Positions 23,033-34,065 are shown, counted from the stretch's first letter. The stretch is DNA of 64,000 nt from Pelagibacteraceae bacterium AG-422-B15 (GCA_905182345.1 CAJJBG010000007.1:4011-68010); one strand, 5' to 3'. Translations and numbers: made by a program. The notes: generated from the letters alone by a model not told the origin.

Positions 23033-23341
23033 TTAGCCAACAACTTCGCCAATTAATGTAGTAGGCTTACTATTGGTAAAGTTTACTATGTCATCTAGTG
23101 CAGGACCCATCTTGGATAAAGCAGCATCTAACGCAGCCTTATCTTCAAATAATATAGTGGCAATAGCATGGTATCCAGCAGGTACATTTGGACCACCCGC
23201 AACACCCTTTGTAACAAGAGTACTTTTGATATGCTCGCCTATAGCTTTGCCTACTATGTTCATATGAGTGCCAAGGTAATAATCATAATCAAAATTTGTT
23301 GTTTCAGTAACGGGGTATAATACTTGTATAGAGTGTGACAT
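23033..23341 (-). CDS. EthD-family protein (about 102 aa)
   Basis: MSHSIQVLYP...FDYDYYLGTHM...LFEDKAALDAAL pattern typical of EthD/TIGR02118-like proteins. Internal Met at 23341 chosen as the start. Confidence 0.6.
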   Translation of the reverse strand: MSHSIQVLYPVTETTNFDYDYYLGTHMNIVGKAIGEHIKSTLVTKGVAGGPNVPAGYHAIATILFEDKAALDAALSKMGPALDDIVNFTNSKPTTLIGEVVG

Positions 23342-23418
23342 TATTAGATTCCTAACTTCCGAGTTGCTATCAATTTTAATGATAGAGATTAAAGGGATGC
23401 TATACAATAATTAACTTA

Positions 23419-23675
23419 GCGGGAGACTTCTGTTGCCCGGTGCCTCCCAAACCGCGCTTGCCTAAGTAAACTTAAGCAGCGAGCGCTAAATCATCGTTAG
23501 CATTTGTAATTTAGTCCGATAACGGTGGTACAATACCGAACGAAAGAATTTACCTTTAAGCATCCGTCGATCCTATTTCACCCCCGCAATTTGGTGGAGG
23601 TGCCGGGTACCGCCCCCGGGTCCGTAATGGTTATTACGTAAATCGTTTATCGTCATAGCTGAGGATATCCCCAAC
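23419..23675 (-). ncRNA. ssrA: tmRNA (ssrA), permuted two-piece alphaproteobacterial type
   Basis: On the minus strand, the acceptor piece ends CCGGG-GGCGGTA-CCCGG-CACCTCC-A-CCA (CCA = 23592-23594). A 6-nt spacer follows. The coding piece starts GGGGGTGAAATAGGATCGACGG at 23585. GGGGGTG pairs with CACCTCC, including the G3:U alanine identity pair. The tag ORF GCT AAC GAT GAT TTA GCG CTC GCT GCT TAA (23501-23472) encodes ANDDLALAA*. Outer boundaries are approximate. Confidence 0.85.
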
Positions 23676-23757
23676 AAAATTACTATATTTTATAAAACCC
23701 TCTTTTTAAAGCAGATAATAATTATATAGTGAAAACCTTGATAAATGATTCCCTTGT

Positions 23758-24690
23758 ATGCCTCTAAATAAAGACCAAATAGAAGAAGTTGAACAGCTTA
23801 GAGCCAGTAGTAGCAACACTTTAAGAGCTACAGTGCCTGCATTAGAAGAGATTCTATATAAACCACTACCAGCACTAGATCATGGTTTTGTTAGAGTTAT
23901 TGATTACATGGGAGATGATACCGCTATCGTACAATCAGCGCGTGTCTCTTATGGTAAGGGCACAAAAAAAATATCCAATGATAAAGGTTTAATTAAATAC
24001 CTGATGCGTCATTGGCATTCTACACCATTTGAAATGTGTGAAATCAAACTGCACGTAAAATTACCTATATTTATTGCACGGCAATGGATTAGACATCGTA
24101 CCGCCAATGTTAATGAATACTCTGCTCGATACTCCATCCTAGATAAGGAATTTTACATTCCGTCTGCTGAAAATTTAGCCTCACAATCAGAAGTAAATAA
24201 ACAAGGCCGAGCAGAAGCTCTAAGCCCTGAAGAGGCACAAAAAGTTATTTCAATTTTAAAAAATGATGCTGAGCAAACTTATCACAATTATGAAGTGATG
24301 CTTAATGAAAATTCTGATGGTGAAACTTTAGATGAAAACTCTATGGGTATAGCTAGAGAACTAGCCCGCATGAATCTGACTCTAAATACCTATACGCAGT
24401 GGTACTGGAAAATAGATTTAAATAATCTTTTACATTTTTTAGCACTGCGAGCTGATGCACATGCACAATATGAAATAAGAGTCTATGCAGATATTATTTT
24501 AGACATTGTCAAGAAGTGGGTGCCGATTACTTACGAGGCATTTGAAGACTATCGCATAGGAGGTACGCAACTCTCAGCAAAAGAAATTTTAATACTAAAG
24601 AAAGTTATTAAAGGCGAAACGATTGACCCTGATGCTGAAGGAATTTCGAAACGTGAATGGGGTGAGTTACAGAAGAAATTTGATCTTTAG
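23758..24690 (+). CDS. thyX: FAD-dependent thymidylate synthase ThyX
   Basis: ThyX motif [15 protein letters not shown], plus HSTPFEM. Confidence 0.9.
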   Translation: MPLNKDQIEEVEQLRASSSNTLRATVPALEEILYKPLPALDHGFVRVIDYMGDDTAIVQSARVSYGKGTKKISNDKGLIKYLMRHWHSTPFEMCEIKLHVKLPIFIARQWIRHRTANVNEYSARYSILDKEFYIPSAENLASQSEVNKQGRAEALSPEEAQKVISILKNDAEQTYHNYEVMLNENSDGETLDENSMGIARELARMNLTLNTYTQWYWKIDLNNLLHFLALRADAHAQYEIRVYADIILDIVKKWVPITYEAFEDYRIGGTQLSAKEILILKKVIKGETIDPDAEGISKREWGELQKKFDL

Positions 24691-24691
24691 A

Positions 24692-25786
24692 TTAAGTATT
24701 AGCAAGACGCAGTAACTTTAATTTTTTCAATACAACTTCAGCCAGCTCAATAAACATACGACTTACTTTATGTTCAGGTACTAAATCTGTAAGTGGGTGA
24801 CCATTCTCACATTGCTCTAACAATAATGGATCATGTGGAATTTTAGATAATATTTCATAATCGTATTGCTCAGCAATTTTTTCAGTCTTACTTTCACCAA
24901 AGAGCGGGTATTGTTTGCCAGTATCTGGAGCTACAAAGTAGCTCATATTTTCAATTAAACCTAAAATTGGTATTTCAGTTTTTTCAAACATCTTTAATCC
25001 TCTTACCACATCAATTAGAGCAACATCTTGGGGGGTTGTTACAATGACACTGCCATCTATTTTTAATTTTTGTGATAAGGTCAGTTGAACATCGCCAGTG
25101 CCAGGTGGCAAATCTATAACCATTATATCTGCTTCACCCCAATTTACCTTAGAGATAAGCTCATTAATAGCCTTCATAACCATAAGGCCACGCCAAATCA
25201 TTGGATTATCATCATTAACCATGTAGCCAATTGACATGGTGGCGATACCATATTTATTAATAGTTTCTATTTGCTTACCATCAGAAACAGGTTTCTCATG
25301 GACATCAAACATAGTTGGGATTGATGGACCATAAATGTCAGCATCCAGTAAACATGTTTTTAAGCCAATGCGTTTAAAAGCTATTGCTAAATTTGTTGCT
25401 ACTGTAGATTTTCCAACACCACCCTTGCCGGAGGCAACCATAAGAATGTATTTTATTTTAGAGGTCCCAAGACCAGGAGTTATTTTTTCTGAGTCAGAAT
25501 TAGATATGTCACCTTGCAAAGTTTCGTTGGATTTGGGCTCACTATGATAAGTAGTTACTATATTAGCTTTAGTTATTCCTGGAATTTCACTTAAAGCTTT
25601 TTCACTTTCATCAAAGATTTTTTTAATATTAGGATCATCTTTATTGAATTCTAAAATTAGTGTCGCTTGACCAGATTCAATGTTGATACTTTTTACGATC
25701 CCTAATGAGACAATATTTTTATCTTTATCTTCGTCAAATACTTGACCAAGTGCATGTAATACAAGGTTTTCTAAGGTTTCTGTCAT
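24692..25786 (-). CDS. apbC: Mrp/ApbC/NBP35-family Fe-S cluster carrier ATPase with N-terminal DUF59-like domain
   Basis: Deviant Walker A SGKGGVGKST, DLPPGTGD and ENMSYF motifs. Confidence 0.9.
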   Translation of the reverse strand: MTETLENLVLHALGQVFDEDKDKNIVSLGIVKSINIESGQATLILEFNKDDPNIKKIFDESEKALSEIPGITKANIVTTYHSEPKSNETLQGDISNSDSEKITPGLGTSKIKYILMVASGKGGVGKSTVATNLAIAFKRIGLKTCLLDADIYGPSIPTMFDVHEKPVSDGKQIETINKYGIATMSIGYMVNDDNPMIWRGLMVMKAINELISKVNWGEADIMVIDLPPGTGDVQLTLSQKLKIDGSVIVTTPQDVALIDVVRGLKMFEKTEIPILGLIENMSYFVAPDTGKQYPLFGESKTEKIAEQYDYEILSKIPHDPLLLEQCENGHPLTDLVPEHKVSRMFIELAEVVLKKLKLLRLANT

Positions 25787-25917
25787 TTTTTAATAATTGT
25801 AATTAATAAATTAAACCCCATATAACACATTGTTGACAATATTTTGTTTAATTTTAAATAGTTGCTTTTGTACGATATGATTATACATAACTTAATTAAT
25901 ACTGTAAAAAATATTTA

Positions 25918-27006
25918 ATGTCTTGGTCTGATAATAATAATAATAATCCCTGGGGTTCACAAGGTGGCGGCAATCGTGGCAATGGCAGCAATGGTGGCGG
26001 TCAAGGTCCAGATTTAGATGCTCTAATTAAAGATCTGCAGAATAAGTTTAAAGGTTTCATACCAGGATCATTTTTTGGCAAGCTTGGTCCAGTAGTAATA
26101 TTAGTAGCACTTATTTTAATTTGGTTGGCAACTGGCTTTTACAGAGTATTGCCTGATGAACAAGGTGTAGTACTTCAATTTGGTAAATTTTCACAAACAA
26201 CTCAGCCAGGCTTGAATTATCATATTCCTTATCCAATAGAGAGAGCTCTTACACCGAAAGTTACTAAGGTTAATAGAATTGAAGTTGGTTATCGTCAAAG
26301 CCCCGATTCTACAGTTACACAAATTAGAGATGTGCCAGAAGAAAGTCTAATGCTTACAGGTGATGAAAATATTGTTGATATAGACTTCTCAGTTTTCTGG
26401 ATTATCAATGATGCAGGCAAATTCTTATTTAATGTCCAAGCTCCTGCGCTTACTATTAAAGCAGCAGCAGAAACATCAATGCGTGAAGTCATTGGTCAAA
26501 GTAAGATCCAATCAATCTTTACTGAAGGTAGAACTGAGATAGAAGATAAGACAAGAGTATTGATGCAAAGTATTTTAGATGATTATGATACAGGAGTTAC
26601 GATTACCCAGGTTCAAACACAAAAAGCTGATCCGCCTGCACAAGTTATTGATTCATTTAGAGATGTTCAAGCGGCAAGAGCTGATTTAGAGCGACAAAGA
26701 AATGAAGCTGAAGCCTATGCTAATGATATTATTCCACGTGCTCGAGGTGAAGCAGAACAAATTCTACAAGGAGCTGAAGGATATAAGCAATCTGTAGTGG
26801 CTGACAGTCAAGGTAAAGCTGCTAGATTTCTATCTATACAATCAGAATATACAAAAGCGCCAATAGTAACTAAGCAAAGAATTTTCTATGAAACAATGGA
26901 AGTAGTTTTTGGTGATATGGATAAAATTATTATAGACAAAGATAGTGGACAAGGAGTCCTACCTTACTTACCACTACCTGAAATTAGTAAAAAGAAAGCT
27001 GAATAA
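25918..27006 (+). CDS. hflK: protease modulator HflK (SPFH/band 7)
   Basis: Gly/Asn-rich N-terminus, a TM helix and an SPFH domain, followed by hflC. Confidence 0.9.
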   Translation: MSWSDNNNNNPWGSQGGGNRGNGSNGGGQGPDLDALIKDLQNKFKGFIPGSFFGKLGPVVILVALILIWLATGFYRVLPDEQGVVLQFGKFSQTTQPGLNYHIPYPIERALTPKVTKVNRIEVGYRQSPDSTVTQIRDVPEESLMLTGDENIVDIDFSVFWIINDAGKFLFNVQAPALTIKAAAETSMREVIGQSKIQSIFTEGRTEIEDKTRVLMQSILDDYDTGVTITQVQTQKADPPAQVIDSFRDVQAARADLERQRNEAEAYANDIIPRARGEAEQILQGAEGYKQSVVADSQGKAARFLSIQSEYTKAPIVTKQRIFYETMEVVFGDMDKIIIDKDSGQGVLPYLPLPEISKKKAE

Positions 27007-27010
27007 TTAA

Positions 27011-27883
27011 ATGAAAACAGTAAAAATATCACTGATACTAATTGCCCTTGCTGCACTAACAGCATACTTAAGTTTATTTACAGTTTTAGAAGTAAAACAA
27101 GCACTAGTACTTCAATTTGGTGACCCTAAGAGAGTAATTACTGAACCTGGATTAAATTTTAAGATCCCATTTATTCAAAATGTAGTTTTTATTGAAAATA
27201 GAATATTAGATATTGATGCACCTGCAGAAGAGGTTATTGCCTCTGATCAAAAACGTTTAGTAGTTGATGCTTATATAAAATTTAAAATAACAGACGTGCT
27301 AAGTTTTTATAAAACTCTTGGCAATGAAAATGTTGCAAGATCAAGAATATCAACAATTGTTAATTCTAGAATAAGAGGTGTACTTGGTGAGCAGCCTTTA
27401 AACATGGTATTATCAGAAGAGCGATCCGCTTTAATGCGAGAAATTACAGAAGATGTTAATGAGGAAGTTAAGAATTATGGAGTCTACATCGTTGATGTAA
27501 GAATTAAGCGAGCAGACTTACCCGATGCAAATAGCCAGGCAATCTATAGAAGAATGCAGACTGAACGTGACCGGGAAGCTAAAGAATTTAGAGCCCAAGG
27601 CGCTGAGATTGCTCAAACTATTAGATCTACAGCTGATAAAGAAGTTACAATCCTTAAGTCACAAGCAGAGAAAAAAGCTAATATAATTCGAGGTGAAGGA
27701 GATGGAGAGGCCAGCTCAATTTTTGCTAAAGCATTCCAAACGGACCCAGAGTTCTTTAATTTTTATCGTGCGATGCAAGCTTACATAGAAAGCTTAAAAA
27801 GTTCTGATACAACTATGATACTATCACCTGAAAGTGAATTCTTTAGATATTTTGGTAATCCAGAAGGTAAGTCACAAAATTAA
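27011..27883 (+). CDS. hflC: protease modulator HflC (SPFH/band 7)
   Basis: N-terminal TM helix, an SPFH domain and a coiled-coil RMQTERDREAKEFRAQG. Paired with hflK. Confidence 0.9.
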   Translation: MKTVKISLILIALAALTAYLSLFTVLEVKQALVLQFGDPKRVITEPGLNFKIPFIQNVVFIENRILDIDAPAEEVIASDQKRLVVDAYIKFKITDVLSFYKTLGNENVARSRISTIVNSRIRGVLGEQPLNMVLSEERSALMREITEDVNEEVKNYGVYIVDVRIKRADLPDANSQAIYRRMQTERDREAKEFRAQGAEIAQTIRSTADKEVTILKSQAEKKANIIRGEGDGEASSIFAKAFQTDPEFFNFYRAMQAYIESLKSSDTTMILSPESEFFRYFGNPEGKSQN

Positions 27884-27892
27884 TTTATATCT

Positions 27893-28078
27893 ATGATAGA
27901 GTGGTTAATTACTGCATTAGGTCTTATTTTGATTTTTGAAGGATTAACATACGCCATATTCCCAAAACAAATGAAAAAAATACTTAGTAAATTTCTAGAA
28001 TACTCTGATGCTACGGCAGTAATGATAGGACTACCTTTAGCCGCACTAGGATTATTTTTAATATGGATGGTAAGGTAA
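27893..28078 (+). CDS. DUF2065-like small membrane protein
   Basis: 61 aa, two TM helices, LILIFEGLTYAIFP motif. Conserved slot between hflC and degP. Confidence 0.65.
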   Translation: MIEWLITALGLILIFEGLTYAIFPKQMKKILSKFLEYSDATAVMIGLPLAALGLFLIWMVR

Positions 28079-28081
28079 TAT

Positions 28082-29494
28082 ATGAAGCTCTTAATTTCTA
28101 AAGCTAAATTTTTAGTAGCTCTAATTTTTTTAACAAGTATTTATTCTGCAAATGCATTTAATGCACCTGAAACTTTTTCTAATCTAGCTGAAAAATTATC
28201 ACCTTCAGTAGTTAATATTTCAACCACTGGAACAATTGAACAAAAACAGCAAGCCGCACCATCAATTGAAGACTTTTTTAATTTTCAATTTAATACACCA
28301 CAAGGTAGTGGTCCCCCAGAAAGAGAATTTCAATCCCTTGGCTCTGGATTTGTTATTAGTAAAAGTGGCTTTATTGTTACTAATAATCATGTAGTAGAAA
28401 ATGCCTCAGATATTCAAGTTACATTTACTGATGGTCTAAAAATAGAAGCCAAATTAATAGCTAGTGACAAAGAAACAGACTTGGCCTTATTAAAAGTTGA
28501 GTCAGATTCTGACTTACCATTTGTTTCCTTTGGAGATTCAGATTCTGCAAAAGTAGGAAACTGGGTGATGGCGATAGGTAATCCATATGGCCTAGGAGGA
28601 ACTGTAACAGCTGGCATAGTTTCTGCTAGAGGTAGAATGCTTGGTGGTAGATATGATAACTTTATTCAAACGGATGCTTCAATCAATAAAGGAAACTCTG
28701 GTGGACCACTTTTTGACCTTGAAGGCAATGTAATCGGAGTTAATTCAGCAATAATTTCACCATCAGGTGGTTCTATTGGTATAGGCTTTGCGATTCCTTC
28801 AAATCTAGTTAGCAACATTATTGATCAACTTCAAAAAAATGGTGAAATAAAAAGAGCTTGGCTAGGAGTAAGAATACAAGAAGTTACAGATGAAATAGCT
28901 AAAAGTGTTGGCCTTGCTAAAACTTATGGTGCACTGGTACAAGGACTAACAGCAGAAAGTCCAGCGGCTATAAGTGGTGTTGAAGAGGGTGATATTATTA
29001 TTGAATTCAATGGTAATGAAGTCGAGTCTGTGAGAGTTCTACCTAGACTTGTTGCAGATGCAGAAATTGGTGAGTTTGCAGAAGTTAAAGTGTGGAGAAA
29101 TGAGCAAATCATAAGGCTTTCAATAAACTTAGGACTTCAGCCATCAGTCGAAGAGCTTGCTAACATTGAAAATAATGGCAGCAACGTAAACATAAAAGCA
29201 TTAGGACTTAAAGTTAAGGCTATTTCTACTGAAGATAGAGCGCGGCTAAAGATCAATAATACTTTAAGCGGTGTAATTATATCTGAAATTGATAATGATT
29301 CATTCTTATTACGCCAAGGTATTTCTAAGGATGATATAATTATGGAAATTCAAGGCAAACAAATCCAGAATCCTGGTGATCTTTTAAAAATCATAGACAA
29401 TGTAATTTCACAAGGTAAAGAAAACGTGCTATTGGTTTTTTATGCGGGACAAAATGCCAAAAAATATATTGGGGCAAAACTATCAGTTAAATAA
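28082..29494 (+). CDS. degP: periplasmic serine endoprotease DegP/DegQ (HtrA family, two PDZ domains)
   Basis: Signal peptide, catalytic TNNHV, D..LLKV and GNSGGPL, with two PDZ-like repeats. Confidence 0.9.
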   Translation: MKLLISKAKFLVALIFLTSIYSANAFNAPETFSNLAEKLSPSVVNISTTGTIEQKQQAAPSIEDFFNFQFNTPQGSGPPEREFQSLGSGFVISKSGFIVTNNHVVENASDIQVTFTDGLKIEAKLIASDKETDLALLKVESDSDLPFVSFGDSDSAKVGNWVMAIGNPYGLGGTVTAGIVSARGRMLGGRYDNFIQTDASINKGNSGGPLFDLEGNVIGVNSAIISPSGGSIGIGFAIPSNLVSNIIDQLQKNGEIKRAWLGVRIQEVTDEIAKSVGLAKTYGALVQGLTAESPAAISGVEEGDIIIEFNGNEVESVRVLPRLVADAEIGEFAEVKVWRNEQIIRLSINLGLQPSVEELANIENNGSNVNIKALGLKVKAISTEDRARLKINNTLSGVIISEIDNDSFLLRQGISKDDIIMEIQGKQIQNPGDLLKIIDNVISQGKENVLLVFYAGQNAKKYIGAKLSVK

Positions 29495-29506
29495 TTGTTG
29501 GCTCAT

Positions 29507-30394
29507 ATGAATGAGAGAGCTGCAATATTAATTTTTGGTCCTACAGCAAGTGGAAAATCTAAGACTGCACTAGAGTTGTCAAAGAATATTGATTCTATAA
29601 TAATTAATACAGACAGCCTTCAAGTCTATAAAGACCTTCAAATCCTTACATCCAGACCTTCCACTGAAGATCAAAAGAATGTTCCACATAAACTATATGG
29701 AACACAAGATGGAAAATCTCAGTATACAGTTGCCAATTGGATAAAACATGCTTGTGCAGAAATTGAATTATCTTTTCAAGAAAAAAAAACACCTATACTT
29801 GTTGGTGGTACAGGCCTCTACTTTAAGGCATTAGAAGAGGGTCTTGCCGAAATTCCAGATATAGAACAGAGCGTAATAGATTCAACTAATAAAATAATAA
29901 ATGAACATGGCATAAATTATCTATTTAATGAGTTACTTAAAAAAAATCCAAACTGCACAATAAGTAGTAATGATAAAAATAGGATTATCAGAGCGTATAA
30001 TGTTTTAATGTTTACAGGAGAGCCAATAGATAAGTGGCAAATTAATACAAAACCTATAATCAAAAATATAAAATATCATAAATTTCTAATTAATTCAGAA
30101 AGAGAGGATCTATATACAAGTGCCGAAAGAAGGTTTGATAAGATGATTGAAGAAGGAGCGGTTGATGAGGTTAAAAAACTAAACTCCTTCAATCATGACA
30201 AAGAAAGTACAATCATGAAGGCTATTGGAGTTAGAGAAATAAATGAGTTTTTTTTAGGCAATGTAACTTTATCTGAGGCTATTGCCCTAGCTAAACAAAA
30301 AACTAGAAATTACATCAAAAGACAGCAAACATGGATAAAAAGTAATAATATTTCTTGGAATAGATCTTTTAAGAAATTAATGAAAAGCTTTTAA
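29507..30394 (+). CDS. miaA: tRNA dimethylallyltransferase MiaA
   Basis: FGPTASGKS P-loop, DSLQVYKDLQILTS and GGTGLYFKAL. ATG at 29507 is preferred; TTG at 29495 is possible. Confidence 0.9.
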   Translation: MNERAAILIFGPTASGKSKTALELSKNIDSIIINTDSLQVYKDLQILTSRPSTEDQKNVPHKLYGTQDGKSQYTVANWIKHACAEIELSFQEKKTPILVGGTGLYFKALEEGLAEIPDIEQSVIDSTNKIINEHGINYLFNELLKKNPNCTISSNDKNRIIRAYNVLMFTGEPIDKWQINTKPIIKNIKYHKFLINSEREDLYTSAERRFDKMIEEGAVDEVKKLNSFNHDKESTIMKAIGVREINEFFLGNVTLSEAIALAKQKTRNYIKRQQTWIKSNNISWNRSFKKLMKSF

Positions 30395-30486
30395 AGAATT
30401 TACTTTTCATTAATTAAAATTGTTTGACTTTATTCCTAAAATTACTTAACTGTTTCACCTAAGAAATAATTAAAAGGTAAAATATT

Positions 30487-32247
30487 ATGGTAAGTATTCA
30501 ATTAACTGGAGCAGAAATGGTACTTCAAGCATTTGAAGACCACAAAGTTGATACACTATTTGGATACCCCGGTGGTGCAGTTCTTCCAATTTATGACGAG
30601 TTAGCCAAAGGCAAAAATTCAATACATCATTATTTAGTAAGGCATGAACAAGGTGCGGCGCATGCAGCAGAAGGCTACGCACGCTCTAGTGGAAAAGTTG
30701 GTGTACTTTTAGTTACATCGGGCCCGGGAGTAACTAATGCAGTTACAGGCCTTGCAGATGCAATGATGGATTCAATTCCACTTGTATGTATTAGTGGTCA
30801 GGTACCGTCTCATTTAATAGGTACAGATGCTTTTCAGGAATGTGATGCCGTAGGTATTACACGACCATGTACTAAACATAATTGGTTAGTTAAAGACATT
30901 AATGATCTTTCAAGAATATTACATGAAGCATTTTATGTTGCCGCAAGTGGAAGACCGGGACCAGTCTTAGTTGATATACCAAAAGACATCCAATTTCAGA
31001 CTGGAACCTATATAGGACCTGAAACCATAAAACATAAATCTTATCGTCCAAAATTAAAAGCAAACATAGATAAAATTGATGAAGCATTAAAATTAATTAT
31101 TAGTGCAAAAAAACCAATCTTTTACACTGGTGGTGGAGTAATCAATTCAGGTAATGCTGCAGTTCAATTATTAAGAGAGTTTGTTCGCTTAACGGGCTTT
31201 CCAATAACCTCGACACTTCAAGGTCTAGGAGCTTTCCCAGGAGACGATAATCAATTTTTAGGCATGCTAGGAATGCATGGAACATATGAAGCTAATATGG
31301 CAATGCATGATTGTGATCTACTTATAAATATAGGGGCCAGATTCGATGACAGAATTACCGGAAAAGTTGATGAATTTTCTCCACACTCTAAAAAAATACA
31401 CATCGATATCGATCCTTCATCAATAAATAAAACTATTAAAGTCGATGTTCCATTAGTTGGTGATGTGGCTCATGTATTAGAGGACGCTATAAAACTATGG
31501 AAATCAAATGTTTATAAAGTTGATAAAATTTCTGTTAAAAGTTGGTGGGGCATTATTGATAACTGGAGAAAAACCGATTCACTTTCTTTTGCAGTTGATA
31601 AGAAAGTTATCAAGCCTCAATATGCAATTCAGAGATTATATGAATTAACTAAAGATAAAGATTGCTATATCACTACTGAAGTTGGTCAACATCAAATGTG
31701 GGCAGCTCAGCATTATAAGTTTAATAAACCAAATAGATGGATTACTTCTGGAGGCTTAGGAACAATGGGGTTTGGGTTACCTGCAGCTATTGGAGCTCAA
31801 GTAGCGCATCCAGATAAATTAGTAATTGATATTGCTGGTGAAGCTTCAATTTTAATGTGTATTCAAGAGATGTCTACAGCAATACAGCATCAGCTACCTG
31901 TAAAGGTTTTTATAATCAATAACCAGTACATGGGAATGGTTCGACAATGGCAAGAGTTGTTGCATGACAAGAGATACTCTCATAGCTATACAGACGCTCT
32001 TCCTGACTTTGTAAAACTTGCAGAAGCTTATGGTGCCAAAGGAATAAGAGTCCAATCACCTGCAGATTTAGACAAGGGCATTCAAGAAATGATAGATTAT
32101 AAAGGTCCAGTTATCTTTGACTGTGTTGTTGATCAAAATGAAAATGTTTATCCAATGATCCCATCGGGCAAAGCACATAATCAAATGTTGCTTGGTAAAG
32201 ATAATGAGGATAAAGAAATTTCTTTAGAAGGGAAAACTTTAGTATAA
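30487..32247 (+). CDS. ilvB: acetolactate synthase (acetohydroxyacid synthase) large subunit
   Basis: ThDP enzyme: GYPGGAVLPIYD, TSGPGVTN, GLGTMGFGLPAAIGA and NNQYMGMVRQWQ. Confidence 0.95.
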   Translation: MVSIQLTGAEMVLQAFEDHKVDTLFGYPGGAVLPIYDELAKGKNSIHHYLVRHEQGAAHAAEGYARSSGKVGVLLVTSGPGVTNAVTGLADAMMDSIPLVCISGQVPSHLIGTDAFQECDAVGITRPCTKHNWLVKDINDLSRILHEAFYVAASGRPGPVLVDIPKDIQFQTGTYIGPETIKHKSYRPKLKANIDKIDEALKLIISAKKPIFYTGGGVINSGNAAVQLLREFVRLTGFPITSTLQGLGAFPGDDNQFLGMLGMHGTYEANMAMHDCDLLINIGARFDDRITGKVDEFSPHSKKIHIDIDPSSINKTIKVDVPLVGDVAHVLEDAIKLWKSNVYKVDKISVKSWWGIIDNWRKTDSLSFAVDKKVIKPQYAIQRLYELTKDKDCYITTEVGQHQMWAAQHYKFNKPNRWITSGGLGTMGFGLPAAIGAQVAHPDKLVIDIAGEASILMCIQEMSTAIQHQLPVKVFIINNQYMGMVRQWQELLHDKRYSHSYTDALPDFVKLAEAYGAKGIRVQSPADLDKGIQEMIDYKGPVIFDCVVDQNENVYPMIPSGKAHNQMLLGKDNEDKEISLEGKTLV

Positions 32248-32744
32248 TGGAAAGTAAACATACAGTTTCAGTGCTAGTTGATAATGAGCCGGGTGTACTT
32301 GCTCGAGTAATTGGTCTTATTTCAGGAAGAGGTTATAATATAGATAGCTTGTCTGTTGCTGAAGTAGATGCAGAATCTCATATCTCTAGAATTACATTTG
32401 TTACCCTTGGAAATGAGGAAACTATTAATAAAATGATAGCACAGCTTCAAAAACTTATTCCAGTTAAAAAAGCTATAAATATTACTTTGGATAAAAAAGG
32501 TATCGAAAGAGAGATGGCATTAGTAAAAGTTGTTGCAACTGGAGATAAAAGAGTTGAATCTCTTAGATTATCCGATGCATTTCGTGCAAAAGTTATTGAC
32601 ACAACACACGATTCATTTGTATTTGAACTAAATGGGTCGCCTGTAAAGATTGATGCTTTTATTGACTTAATGACTCCATTGGGTTTATCTGAGATTTCAA
32701 GAACAGGTGTTGTTGCAATTGCTCGCGGTAGCGAAAAATTATAA
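32247..32744 (+). CDS. ilvN: acetolactate synthase small (regulatory, ACT-domain) subunit
   Basis: HTVSVLVDNEPGVLARVIGLISGRGYNIDSLSV. Its start overlaps the ilvB stop by 1 nt. Confidence 0.95.
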   Translation: MESKHTVSVLVDNEPGVLARVIGLISGRGYNIDSLSVAEVDAESHISRITFVTLGNEETINKMIAQLQKLIPVKKAINITLDKKGIEREMALVKVVATGDKRVESLRLSDAFRAKVIDTTHDSFVFELNGSPVKIDAFIDLMTPLGLSEISRTGVVAIARGSEKL

Positions 32745-32754
32745 ATAATTATAA

Positions 32755-33786
<1,032 letters not shown>

Positions 33787-33894
33787 GTCTTAAATCATTT
33801 TCCCATATTTTACAGGGTTTTTACTAATTTTAAGCTGTAAAAATCCCTACTAAATTATTGATAAATTGTCAAAATAACACTAAAAATAGTGATT

Positions 33895-34015
33895 ATGGGC
33901 AATTATAAAATATTTATAAATTTTAAGGGTGTGAACTCTATAGTTGCTAAATCTCTCCTATCTTTATTTGATCTGCTGAGCAGCCCCACGGTGAAGTAAT
34001 TTTCTACCGTTGGGG
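33895..34015 (+). promoter_or_regulatory. candidate Leu-rich leader ORF plus hairpin upstream of leuA
   Basis: 34-codon ORF MGNYKIFINFKGVNSIVAKSLLSLFDLLSSPTVK*, with 5 Leu in 8 codons (CTC CTA .. TTA .. CTG CTG). Its last codons and stop lie inside the hairpin CCCCACGGT/ACCGT(T)GGGG (33984-34015). No U-tract follows the hairpin. Confidence 0.35.
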
Positions 34016-34065
34016 ATACTTAATTTAAACACAATTTAATTAAATATTATAAATAGGAATTTAAG

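Noticed and set aside
25933-25947. (AAT)5 trinucleotide repeat encoding Asn5 at the hflK N-terminus, considered as a contingency locus.
   Set aside because: It is in frame and only five units long, in a naturally Gly/Asn-rich disordered tail. There is no evidence of variability from one sequence.
33814-33848. Hairpin AGGGTTTTTAC/GTAAAAA(T)CCCT just after ilvC, considered as an intrinsic terminator.
   Set aside because: The stem is mostly A-T with a bulge and a 12-nt loop, and no U-tract follows. It is too weak to call.
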